From Halomonas sp. (GTDB lineage: Bacteria; Pseudomonadota; Gammaproteobacteria; Pseudomonadales; Halomonadaceae), in contig JAKDUR010000006.1 in assembly GCA_030457605.1 (NCBI GenBank), positions 9,422 to 73,421 on the forward strand: 64,000 nucleotides of DNA, given 5' to 3'. A model generated the notes under the pieces. That model did no database searches. It had not been told where the DNA came from and worked only from the letters and a program-made list of their open reading frames with translations. Shown here piece after piece: positions 54,364 through 63,250 of the stretch; within the stretch, counting starts at the first letter, position 1, and every line of letters begins with the position of its first letter. Position numbers and translations under genes: made by a program.

Positions 54364-55956
54364 ATGACCAGAAAAAACGCCGAGATTGCCCAGTGGGATA
54401 TTGAACATCCCGACTTCTGGGAAACACACGGCCAGGCCACTGCCAACCGCAACCTGTGGATCTCGATTCCCAGCCTGTTGCTCGGGTTTGCGGTATGGAT
54501 GATGTGGGGCATGATCGCCACCCAGATGCAGAACCTGGGCTTTGACTTCTCCGTGGATCAGCTGTTCTCACTAACCGCGATTGCCGGGCTTGCCGGTGCC
54601 ACGTTGCGTATTCCCGCCTCGTTCATGATTCGCATTGCCGGCGGGCGCAACACCATTTTTCTCACCACCGCGCTGTTGATGATACCCGCCACAGGTACCG
54701 GTATTGCGCTGATGACCCCGCATACGCCGTTCTGGGTATTTCAGGCACTGGCACTGTTATCAGGCATCGGTGGCGGCAACTTCGCCTGTTCGATGAGCAA
54801 CATTTCCAGCTTTTTCCCCAAAAAACAGCAGGGCTACGCGCTGGGCATGAACGCCGGGCTTGGCAACTTCGGCGTGACCACCATGCAAATACTCGTGCCG
54901 CTGGTCATGACCGTGGGGATTTTTGGCCCGCTGGCCGGCGGCCCGCTGGTGCTTGAAAGCGCCAGCGGTACGCTGATTGGCCGCATCGAGGCGGGTACCG
55001 ACACCTGGATTCAAAACGCCAGCCTTGTCTGGATGCTGCTGCTGATTCCGCTGGCCTTTGCCGGCTGGTTCGGCATGAACAATATCAAAACCATCTCTCC
55101 CCAGACCGGCAACCCGGCCTCGGCTTTTGGCAGGATTCTGGGGCTTTATGCGCTCGGATTTCTCGCCACGCTGGCCGGCGTGCTGGCGCTTACCTGGCTC
55201 AACATGTGGCTGGCGCTGCCGCTGACCATTTTGCTAACGCTGGGGCTTTTACTGCTGCTGCCCGGCGCGATCAAAACCAGCATCAAAAACCAGTACCGGA
55301 TATTTCGCAACACCCATACCTGGGCGATGACCATCATTTATACCGCCACGTTCGGCTCTTTTATCGGCTTTTCCGCCGCGCTGCCCCTCTCCATCAATAT
55401 CATCTTCGGCAACATGATGGACGTGGCCGCCGACGGCACCATTACCCGCATTGCCAACCCCGATGCCCCGAGTGCCCTGACCTGGTCGTGGATCGGCGCC
55501 TTCGTCGGCGCGCTGATTCGCCCCGTGGGCGGCTGGATCGCCGACAAATACGGCGGTGCCATCGTGACCCAGGTGATCTCGGTGGTTATGGTCATCGCCT
55601 CGGCGGCTACCGGCTACGTGATGATGCTGGCGTACAACGCCACCGACCCCAACCAGTACTTCTGGGAGTTTCTGGCGCTGTTCATCGTACTGTTTGCCGC
55701 CAGCGGTATTGGCAACGGCTCCACCTTCCGCAGCATCGGGGTGATTTTCGACGCTCAGCAAAAAGGTCCGGTGCTCGGCTGGACGTCCGCCATTGCCGCC
55801 TACGGCGCCTTTATTGCCCCGCAGGTCATCGGCGATCAGATCAAGGCCGGCACACCGGAATTCGCCATGTATGGCTTTGCAGTGTTTTATGCCTGCTGCC
55901 TGGGGGTCAACTGGTGGTTTTATCTGCGTAAAAACGCCTACGTCAAAAATCCATAA
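54364..55956 (+). CDS. narK: Nitrate/nitrite MFS transporter (NarK2-like)
   Basis: ANRNLWISIP, GATLRIP, GIGGGNFA, FGSFIGF, GIGNGSTF nitrate signatures. Confidence 0.92.
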   Translation: MTRKNAEIAQWDIEHPDFWETHGQATANRNLWISIPSLLLGFAVWMMWGMIATQMQNLGFDFSVDQLFSLTAIAGLAGATLRIPASFMIRIAGGRNTIFLTTALLMIPATGTGIALMTPHTPFWVFQALALLSGIGGGNFACSMSNISSFFPKKQQGYALGMNAGLGNFGVTTMQILVPLVMTVGIFGPLAGGPLVLESASGTLIGRIEAGTDTWIQNASLVWMLLLIPLAFAGWFGMNNIKTISPQTGNPASAFGRILGLYALGFLATLAGVLALTWLNMWLALPLTILLTLGLLLLLPGAIKTSIKNQYRIFRNTHTWAMTIIYTATFGSFIGFSAALPLSINIIFGNMMDVAADGTITRIANPDAPSALTWSWIGAFVGALIRPVGGWIADKYGGAIVTQVISVVMVIASAATGYVMMLAYNATDPNQYFWEFLALFIVLFAASGIGNGSTFRSIGVIFDAQQKGPVLGWTSAIAAYGAFIAPQVIGDQIKAGTPEFAMYGFAVFYACCLGVNWWFYLRKNAYVKNP

Positions 55957-56020
55957 CGTCGCCTGTTTCCATTTCGCGCCGTGGCAATCGACCATGGCAC
56001 TTGCTCAAACGGGGGGGCGC

Positions 56021-56209
56021 ATGGCGTCTCTACGCTTCAAGCAAACGGCGGTCCTAGTTGCCCACACCTTCGCTTTCACCATGTCCTTCATGGTGTGGAC
56101 AATGTTCGGCGAAATCGGCGTTCTCAATGCCAAAGAGCTGAGCCTGAACGGCACGCAGTTCGGTAATCATCCGGAAACGGGCACGGCAAACGCGGCCGCC
56201 AGGCAGTAG
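56021..56209 (+). pseudogene. 5' remnant of a second NarK (NarK1-like) transporter
   Basis: KQTAVLVAHTFAFTMSFMVWTMFGEIGV...LSLNGTQFG resembles NarK1 TM1, then diverges and stops after 62 aa. Confidence 0.75.
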
Positions 56210-57079
56210 TCAGCCGGTCTCCAGCCGTTCAATCGCGCGCTCCACGGCACAGCGATAACCGCCGCCAAACAGCAGCAGATGGTTGAGCAGCGGGTAAAGC
56301 TGGAAAAGCGCCTCACGGCGTGGCCAGTCGTCCGGCGCGGCGCCGTTCCAGTAGGCTTCGAAAAAAGCGTCGCCAGGGGCGCCGAACAGCGTAAGCATCG
56401 CCACATCCACCTCAGCGTAATGGCGGTACACCGCCGGGTCGATTACCGCCGGACCCTCGGACGTGAACACCACATTTCCAGACCAGAGATCCCCGTGCAG
56501 CAGGCTTGCCGGCGCGTCGGGCAACCAGTTTTCCAGATCACCGGCCAGAGTTTCGATGCGCCCGCGCAGCGCAGCGCTCAACAGCGCCTTGTCATGACAG
56601 GCCCGGGCAAGAGGCAACAGACGGCGTTCGCGCTGAAAGGCACGCCCGTCATCCAGCACCGCGTTGGGCTGAGGCGTCAGGCCGCAGGCGTTATCCCGAT
56701 GCCAGCCGTGTACATTGGCGGTATGGGAATGCAGTTCACGCAGCCCCTCACCCAGGGTTTCCTCCTCGCGGGCACTGCGGCCACTCTGAAGCTTCTCCAT
56801 GATCAGCCAGCCGTGGCCTTCGCCCAGCACCTCGGGCACTGTCAGCCGAGTGCCCGGCTCGCGTAGCGCGCGCAGCCCTTCTGCCTCGCCGGCCAGCCGC
56901 CGGGCATCGTCCTGCTTGACGACAATGCCGCCCTGAACCGTATCAAGCTGATACACCCCGGCGATACTCCCGCCGCTCAAGGGCTCGAGCGTGCCCCGCG
57001 GCGTTATCCCGGCAGAGGCCAACAGCGCATCCAGAATCTGGCGTGTACATTCCTTCTCCATGCTCATCTCCTGCGTCAT
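56210..57079 (-). CDS. Fructosamine kinase family protein
   Basis: LSGGSI, GEAEGL, LLHGDLWSGN, IDPAVY, LYPLLNH. Confidence 0.9.
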   Translation of the reverse strand: MTQEMSMEKECTRQILDALLASAGITPRGTLEPLSGGSIAGVYQLDTVQGGIVVKQDDARRLAGEAEGLRALREPGTRLTVPEVLGEGHGWLIMEKLQSGRSAREEETLGEGLRELHSHTANVHGWHRDNACGLTPQPNAVLDDGRAFQRERRLLPLARACHDKALLSAALRGRIETLAGDLENWLPDAPASLLHGDLWSGNVVFTSEGPAVIDPAVYRHYAEVDVAMLTLFGAPGDAFFEAYWNGAAPDDWPRREALFQLYPLLNHLLLFGGGYRCAVERAIERLETG

Positions 57080-57268
57080 TACCCGTTTTACGTCGTTATC
57101 AGTTTTACGTAACTACCTGGCTCTGCGTCACAGTAACGCCTGCCGAATCGAGGGTCGCCGTGCACGGCAGCGCTGTCAAAATCGGCACGATACGGAGCGG
57201 GGCATGGTTTCCCGGTGCTGCGCTTATAGCTACACTCAAGCCATGTCCTATCGTCTGGAGGTGGCAAC

Positions 57269-57535
57269 ATGGCAGGCGGCTGGGCGCGTGATGGCGCCGT
57301 ACAAGAGCAGATTGACGCAAGCGTTGCAGATGCCGTGGGCCGCGCCAGGAGCGAACTTCACACTGGCGACTCGGCAGAATACTGTGAAGAATGCGGCGCT
57401 CCCATCCCCGAGGCGCGACGCCGGGCCATTCCCGGCGTGCAGCTGTGCATTCACTGTCAGGCCGATGCGGAGAAACAGCACACCGCCTCTGGCGGCATCA
57501 ACCGGCGGGCCAGTAAAGACAGCCAGCTGCGCTGA
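57269..57535 (+). CDS. DksA/TraR C4 zinc-finger protein (YbiI-like)
   Basis: MAGGWARDGAVQEQID, CEEC...IPEARR...CIHCQ, NRRASKDSQLR; GGAGG RBS. Confidence 0.92.
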   Translation: MAGGWARDGAVQEQIDASVADAVGRARSELHTGDSAEYCEECGAPIPEARRRAIPGVQLCIHCQADAEKQHTASGGINRRASKDSQLR

Positions 57536-57569
57536 GCCGCAATACGTCCGCCAGGATACTGCATCATCG

Positions 57570-58454
57570 TCACTGATCCACACCGGTCGGGCCGAGATGC
57601 TCCGCCAGCCAGTCCCAGAATATTGCCGCTTCCGGCCGGGGCTGGTGGCGCGTCGGCCTTGCCACCCAAAACCCTTCGTCCGTATTCACCGGTAGCTCAA
57701 GCGCGACTGCCAGATCCCGACGATATTCCACCAGCCGCCGATGAGTCAGGGCAATGCCCTCGCCCATTGCCGCGAGCGTGAGCGTCATCGTTTGTGTATC
57801 GCAGATCAGGGGCATACAACGCGATGCCAGCGCCGGCATACCCACAGCATCCAGCCAGGTTGGCCATCCCACCGCAAATCCCACCGCGTGCAGCAGCGTA
57901 TGCCCTGCCAAATCTTCCGGCCCGGTAATGCGCTCGGCCAGCGCCGGGGCGCATACCGGCAGCATTTCCTCCCGACCCAGCGATATCGTTTCCATACCGG
58001 GCCATGTACCCTGGCCATAGCGGATTTCAAGATCGGCTCCCTCGGGGCCGAAATCATCCGGCCAGATAGCGCTAACCAGCCGCAGTGCCACCTCGGGGTG
58101 TTGTTGACGAAAGGCAGGCAAACGCGGTGCCAGCCAGTTCTGCTGCATTACCGGGGTCGTTCGCAGGGTTATCGGGGCGTCACCGGCCTCACCGAAAACT
58201 TCGCGTGTGCCTTCGGTTAGCCGCGTGAAGCCGTCCTGCAGACTGGGCAGCCACGACTGCCCTGCCGGCGTCAGGCTCAAGCTACGCGGATGACGCACAA
58301 ACAGTCTTTGCCCGAGACGATCCTCCAGCAGGCGTACCCGCTGGCTAATGGCCGCCTGGGTGACTCCCAGCTCCTGGCCGGCGGCGGTGAAACTCAGAGT
58401 GCGAGCGGCAGACTCAAAGGCCTGCAGCCAGGTCAACGGTGGTAGCACGCTCAT
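57570..58454 (-). CDS. LysR family regulator (GcvA-like)
   Basis: LPPLTWLQAFESAARTLSFTAAG, WLAPRLPAF, IRYGQG. Confidence 0.93.
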   Translation of the reverse strand: MSVLPPLTWLQAFESAARTLSFTAAGQELGVTQAAISQRVRLLEDRLGQRLFVRHPRSLSLTPAGQSWLPSLQDGFTRLTEGTREVFGEAGDAPITLRTTPVMQQNWLAPRLPAFRQQHPEVALRLVSAIWPDDFGPEGADLEIRYGQGTWPGMETISLGREEMLPVCAPALAERITGPEDLAGHTLLHAVGFAVGWPTWLDAVGMPALASRCMPLICDTQTMTLTLAAMGEGIALTHRRLVEYRRDLAVALELPVNTDEGFWVARPTRHQPRPEAAIFWDWLAEHLGPTGVDQ

Positions 58455-58466
58455 GAAAAAGCCTTG

Positions 58467-58507
58467 CATAAGTTAAATAGGGTCATAGCGGCCAGATTAA
58501 TCGTTTG
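58467..58507. promoter_or_regulatory. Probable LysR-binding divergent promoter region
   Basis: AT-rich CATAAGTTAAAT and ATTAATCGTTTG between the divergent LysR and dioxygenase genes. Confidence 0.45.
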
Positions 58508-58560
58508 TGGCCGCGCCGGGCAACCGCCACCCTTGTGCCCCAGCCATCAAGGAGACCCGC

Positions 58561-59727
58561 ATGATAACGACAGCCGAGCATCGCCCCCGCCTGCCCATGG
58601 GAGAGCTGAGCGACTATTCCACGGCACCGAGCCTGATGCGTGTCGAAAACGCTAGCGACCGCCTTACCTTGACCTGGGAAAGCGGCGAGCAGTCAGGCTT
58701 CTCACTGACGTGGATGCGCGACCATTGCGCCTGCGCTGAATGCCGGCACGCCAAAACCCGTGAACGTTTGCACATCCCCCTTGAGCATCCCGGCAACGTG
58801 TCTGATGCCCACCTGACCGACGGCAACCTTGAGCTGACCTGGGTCGATGGCCATCAGAGCCGTTTCGATGCCGGCTGGCTTCATCAGCGTCGTCCCGGTC
58901 AAAAGAGCATCGGTGTGATTCCTCCCCGCCGCCCCTGGGGCGAAGCCTTCCGGCCGGTCAGCGTTGCCCACGCTGACTTTATCGCCGGCGCTGATGGCGA
59001 ACGTGCCTGGCTCACTGCCCTGCTGCGCGATGGCCTGGTTCTGCTTGATGACGGCCCGCTGGCCGACGAAGAGGTCAGCCGCCTGGCCGAGCGCATTGGC
59101 CCGTTGCGCGCTACCAACTTCGGCACGCGCTTTGATGTACGCTCCAAACCCAACCCCAACAATGCTGCCTATACGGCCATCGGGCTGGCGCCACACACCG
59201 ACCTGCCCAACTGGCGCCAGCCGCCGGATATTCAGCTGCTGTACTGTCTGGAAAATGGCGCCAACGGCGGCGAATCCACCTTCAGCGACGGCTTTGCCGC
59301 TGCTAAAACGCTGCGCGAGCGTTCCCCGGCAGCCTTTCGCTTACTGAGCGAAACGCCCATCGATTTCCGCTTTCAGGATGAGCACCATGACATCAGCTGG
59401 CGCGCGCCCATCCTGACACTGGACGCCACAGGCGAGCTTCTTGAGGTACGCTTCAATAACTGGATACGTGACACGCTGCACCTGCCCCCTGAGCAGGCCG
59501 ATGCCTGGTACAGCGCTTACCGTGAGCTTTGGCATCTGATTCACGAACCGAGTCAACGGCTTGAGTTTTCGCTGAAGCCAGGCCAAATGGTCGCTTTTGA
59601 TAACCGGCGCATGCTCCACGGGCGCAATGCCTTTGATCCCAATAGCGGCCGGCGCCATCTTCAAGGCACTTATCTGGATCTCGACATGCTGGAATCACGT
59701 CTTAAGGTGCTGGCTCGCCCAGCGTAA
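58561..59727 (+). CDS. Gamma-butyrobetaine hydroxylase-like Fe(II)/2-oxoglutarate dioxygenase (TauD family)
   Basis: N-terminal Zn motif RDHCACAEC...DGH; HTD and DNRRMLHGR facial triad; RHLQG. Confidence 0.88.
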   Translation: MITTAEHRPRLPMGELSDYSTAPSLMRVENASDRLTLTWESGEQSGFSLTWMRDHCACAECRHAKTRERLHIPLEHPGNVSDAHLTDGNLELTWVDGHQSRFDAGWLHQRRPGQKSIGVIPPRRPWGEAFRPVSVAHADFIAGADGERAWLTALLRDGLVLLDDGPLADEEVSRLAERIGPLRATNFGTRFDVRSKPNPNNAAYTAIGLAPHTDLPNWRQPPDIQLLYCLENGANGGESTFSDGFAAAKTLRERSPAAFRLLSETPIDFRFQDEHHDISWRAPILTLDATGELLEVRFNNWIRDTLHLPPEQADAWYSAYRELWHLIHEPSQRLEFSLKPGQMVAFDNRRMLHGRNAFDPNSGRRHLQGTYLDLDMLESRLKVLARPA

Positions 59728-59799
59728 AACACGCCGCTACATTTCCATAAAAACGTGCCGACAGCGACTGACTTTAACAACTGCTCACAAGGTATTTTA

Positions 59800-60729
59800 A
59801 TGCGCATTTCCCTGACTTCCGCCCTGTTTACCCTGCCGTTGGCTCTGGGGCTGACGAGCCCGGCCCAGAGCGACGACGCCACGCTGAACCTCGGCGTACC
59901 AGCCTGGCCGGGCATTACCGTCAAGACCGAAATAGCCAGCCAGCTGCTGGCACCACTGGGCTATGACATCCACACCCGGGAAGTTGGCCTTCAGGTCATC
60001 TACGAAGGGCTCAAGAGCGGAGATCTGGACGCTTTTTTGGGCGCTTGGCTACCTGCCCAAAACCATCTGTACACACCGCTCGAAAAGAACGGCACTATTA
60101 CTTCAATCGCCAATAACGTTGACGGGGCCCAAATGACCCTGGCCGTTCCCGCCTATCTCCATGAGCAGGGCATCCGCAGTTTTGCCGACCTGGATGACAA
60201 CCGCGAACGCTTCGACGGCAAGATTCACAGCTTCGGTGCCGGCTCGGCGGCCAGCCAGATTCTGGACAAGGCGATCGACAATGATTCCTGGGGGCTTGGC
60301 GACTGGCAATTGGTCGACACCAGCGTGGTCGCCATGCTCAGCGCAGCCCGCAATGCCATTTCTCGTGAGGCCCCCATCGTCTGGGTAGGCTGGAAACCCC
60401 ACTGGATGAACCTGGCACTGGATATGCGCTACCTCGATGATCCAGAAAACCTGTTCGGCAAAAACAATGGCGAAAGCCAGGTCTTGACGTTAATGCGTAC
60501 CCCTTATGCTGAAAACCATCCGAACCTGGTCAACTTCTTCGAGGAGTTCACCTTCTCTGCCGAAGAACAAAGCTGGATGATCAACGAATTCGGCCAGAAG
60601 GAACGCGCCCCGGAAGCCGTGGCCCAGGCATGGTTACAAGCACACCCCGAGCGCATCGAGGCCATGCTGGAAGACGTGACAACCCAAAGCGGAGAACCCG
60701 CGTGGCCGGTGGTCAAAGCCGATTTCTAG
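59800..60729 (+). CDS. Glycine betaine/quaternary amine ABC substrate-binding protein
   Basis: Signal peptide, PAWPG, DAFLGAWLP, VWVGWKPHWMN. Confidence 0.88.
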   Translation: MRISLTSALFTLPLALGLTSPAQSDDATLNLGVPAWPGITVKTEIASQLLAPLGYDIHTREVGLQVIYEGLKSGDLDAFLGAWLPAQNHLYTPLEKNGTITSIANNVDGAQMTLAVPAYLHEQGIRSFADLDDNRERFDGKIHSFGAGSAASQILDKAIDNDSWGLGDWQLVDTSVVAMLSAARNAISREAPIVWVGWKPHWMNLALDMRYLDDPENLFGKNNGESQVLTLMRTPYAENHPNLVNFFEEFTFSAEEQSWMINEFGQKERAPEAVAQAWLQAHPERIEAMLEDVTTQSGEPAWPVVKADF

Positions 60730-60745
60730 CCTCCTTCACTTTGCC

Positions 60746-60770
60746 TTACCCCGGCCATGTGCCGGGGTAA
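60746..60770. terminator. Hairpin after the substrate-binding protein gene
   Basis: TTACCCCGGC-CATGT-GCCGGGGTAA; no clear U tract. Confidence 0.5.
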
Positions 60771-60945
60771 CTCCCCCACGACGTTGCCGTGGTGACGAAA
60801 ACCGCGCACTTTCCTTCCCTCGTGCTACTCGCCTCCGGCTTCTACACTATTGGTGAAGCCATAGTTGGTGAAACCATCATCCCGGCAGCGGTCAGCCAAC
60901 GTAGACCGCACTCACTGCGGCGTTGCAATCGCCTGGTCAGGCTTT

Positions 60946-60971
60946 TAAAATTAGATAGCAAGCTAATTTTA
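60946..60971. promoter_or_regulatory. Candidate operator upstream of the sugar dehydrogenase operon
   Basis: TAAAATTAG-N8-CTAATTTTA perfect 9-bp inverted repeat. Confidence 0.5.
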
Positions 60972-61019
60972 TAGCTGAGACGATTCCCCAACGTCGCTGA
61001 CTACAAGGCGGTAAAGACC

Positions 61020-61601
61020 ATGTTTCCTGACACAGCGTCCTCGAAGACCACGTTACTTTCGCCTGCGCGACGGCTCTCGCGACGCCAGTTGCTCGGTGGC
61101 TTGCTCGGTTTATCTGCCGCATCGCTCATGCCCTGGGCGACGTGGGCCTGGGCCAGTGAAACCCACCAGGTCAGCGAAAAGGAAGTTGCCAATTTTCTCG
61201 CGCTTTCCGAACGCCTGACCGGACGCGAGTCGCTGGATGCCAAAATTGCCGGGCGGGCCTATCGCGTTCTCATGGAGGCCGGCGAGGATTTCCCCGCCCG
61301 GCAGCGCCAGCTTGCGCAGGCCATGGAGCAGGCAGGCCTCACTGACATGCGCAAGTTCAAGGCGTTCGCCGCAGCACAAGACCAGACGGTGGTGGATACC
61401 GCCATGGCCATTATCAGCGCCTGGTATCTGGGTTATACCGGCACGCCCCAGGGGCACAGCGCCACCGATGATACCCGCTTTGTGACCTATACCGGCGCGC
61501 TGATGTTCGAGCCGACGATTGATGCCACAGTGATCCCCACCTATTCCCGAGGCCGTACCAACTACTGGCACACGCCTCCCGACACGCTGGCCACCGACTA
61601 G
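61020..61601 (+). CDS. FAD sugar dehydrogenase small (gamma) subunit with Tat signal
   Basis: LSRRQLL twin-arginine motif, FLALSERLTG, IISAWYLG, ALMF...IPTYS. Confidence 0.88.
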   Translation: MFPDTASSKTTLLSPARRLSRRQLLGGLLGLSAASLMPWATWAWASETHQVSEKEVANFLALSERLTGRESLDAKIAGRAYRVLMEAGEDFPARQRQLAQAMEQAGLTDMRKFKAFAAAQDQTVVDTAMAIISAWYLGYTGTPQGHSATDDTRFVTYTGALMFEPTIDATVIPTYSRGRTNYWHTPPDTLATD

Positions 61602-61659
61602 CCGCCCACGCTTTTCAGCACGGGCTTTTTTTATTTACCGCTTCAGGGACACACAGGTC

Positions 61660-63249
61660 ATGGCCACACAATACGACGCAGATGTCATCATCATCGGCTC
61701 GGGCGCGCTGGGCAGCAACGCCGCCTTTGAACTCGCCCGGAAAGGCAAATCGGTCATCATCCTGGAATCCGGGGAGCGCATCCCCCGCTGGAAGATCCTC
61801 GAAAATTTCCGCACCTCATCGCGGAAATCGAACTACAACGATCCCTACCCCAACGCCCCCTGGGCACCGACCTCGTTTGACGAAAACTACATCACCAACA
61901 CCGGTGACTTCGAGTTTCTTCCCGGCATGTTGCGGCTGGTCGGCGGTACCACCTGGCACTGGGCGGCCGCCACCTGGCGCTATACCCCGAACGACATGAA
62001 GCTTAAGAGCACTTACGGCGTCGGGCGCGACTGGCCCATCGATTACGACGAGCTCGAGCCTTACTATCAGCGTGCCGAATACGCGCTGGGCGTGGCCGGA
62101 AGCGATACCGATGACCAGAACGGGCAAGGTGGCGACCCTTGGCCGCCGCGCTCCGAGCCCTACCCGGTGCCGCCGGAAGCGCCGTCGTATTACTATCAGC
62201 GCTTGAAAGAACGGATCGGTGCAGAGGGCTATCACTTCATCCATGAGCCCAACGCCCGGACCAACCAGCCCTGGGATGGTCGCCCGGCCTGTAGCGGTAA
62301 CAACAACTGCATGCCCGTCTGCCCCATCGGTGCCATGTACAGCGGCGACGTTCACGCCAGCCACGCCGAAGCGGCGGGGGCGCGCCTGCTCACCGACGCG
62401 ACCGCCTACAAGTTGGAAAAAGGCGATGGTGGTAAAATTGCCGCCGTGCACTGCCGCAGCTCCAACGGCGATGACACACGCCTGACCGCCAAATATTTTA
62501 TCGTCGCCGCCAACGGGCTGGAGACCCCCAAGCTGCTGCTGATCTCCGACGTGGCGAACTCGTCCGATCAGGTCGGCCGTAACCTGATGGACCACACCGG
62601 CATGGGCCTGCAGTTTCTCGCCGATGAGCCGCTGTGGCCGGGCCGTGGCCAGATCCAGGAAGGCGGCATTTTTGACTGGCGCGACGGCGATTTCCGGCGC
62701 CAGCATGCCGCCATCAAACACGCCCTGACCAACAAGGTGCCCAACGAAGCCGTGACCCGGCGCCTACTGGATGACCTGATCGTCGGGCCGACCCTGGACG
62801 AACGCATCCGCCACGACGCCGCCCGCTGGGTCGATATTTCCACCACCTTTGAAATGTTGCCCCATCAAAGCAATACCATACGCCCCAGCAGCACGTATAA
62901 GGATGCCCTCGGCATTCCCACGATGACCGTGAACTACAGTGTGGATAACTACGTGAAAAGGGCCGGCGAGGTGGCCAAAAAAGACTTCGCCAACTTTGTC
63001 CGCATCATGAACGGCGAGGTGGTCGAGGACGATACCGGCTGGCAAAACCGCGATCACATCATGGGAACCGTGATAATGGGCGATACAGCGGAAAACTCCG
63101 TGGTCGACGGCGACTGCCGCACGTGGGACCACGCCAACCTGTTTCTCTCCACCACCGGCGTCATTCCCGCATCCGGCGTCATCAACCCGACGCTGACCGG
63201 CGTCGCGCTCAGCATACGCGTGGCCGACACCATCGCGAAGGAGGTTTAG
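61660..63249 (+). CDS. GMC oxidoreductase, FAD sugar dehydrogenase catalytic subunit
   Basis: IIGSGALG, VGGTTWHW, CSGNNNCMPVCPIGA Fe-S motif, VGRNLMDH, HIMGT, NPTLT. Confidence 0.92.
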   Translation: MATQYDADVIIIGSGALGSNAAFELARKGKSVIILESGERIPRWKILENFRTSSRKSNYNDPYPNAPWAPTSFDENYITNTGDFEFLPGMLRLVGGTTWHWAAATWRYTPNDMKLKSTYGVGRDWPIDYDELEPYYQRAEYALGVAGSDTDDQNGQGGDPWPPRSEPYPVPPEAPSYYYQRLKERIGAEGYHFIHEPNARTNQPWDGRPACSGNNNCMPVCPIGAMYSGDVHASHAEAAGARLLTDATAYKLEKGDGGKIAAVHCRSSNGDDTRLTAKYFIVAANGLETPKLLLISDVANSSDQVGRNLMDHTGMGLQFLADEPLWPGRGQIQEGGIFDWRDGDFRRQHAAIKHALTNKVPNEAVTRRLLDDLIVGPTLDERIRHDAARWVDISTTFEMLPHQSNTIRPSSTYKDALGIPTMTVNYSVDNYVKRAGEVAKKDFANFVRIMNGEVVEDDTGWQNRDHIMGTVIMGDTAENSVVDGDCRTWDHANLFLSTTGVIPASGVINPTLTGVALSIRVADTIAKEV

Positions 63250-63250
63250 C

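Noticed and set aside
61604-61632. Weak hairpin plus T7 between the dehydrogenase small and large subunit genes
   Set aside because: The stem is short and mismatched; insufficient support for an attenuator.
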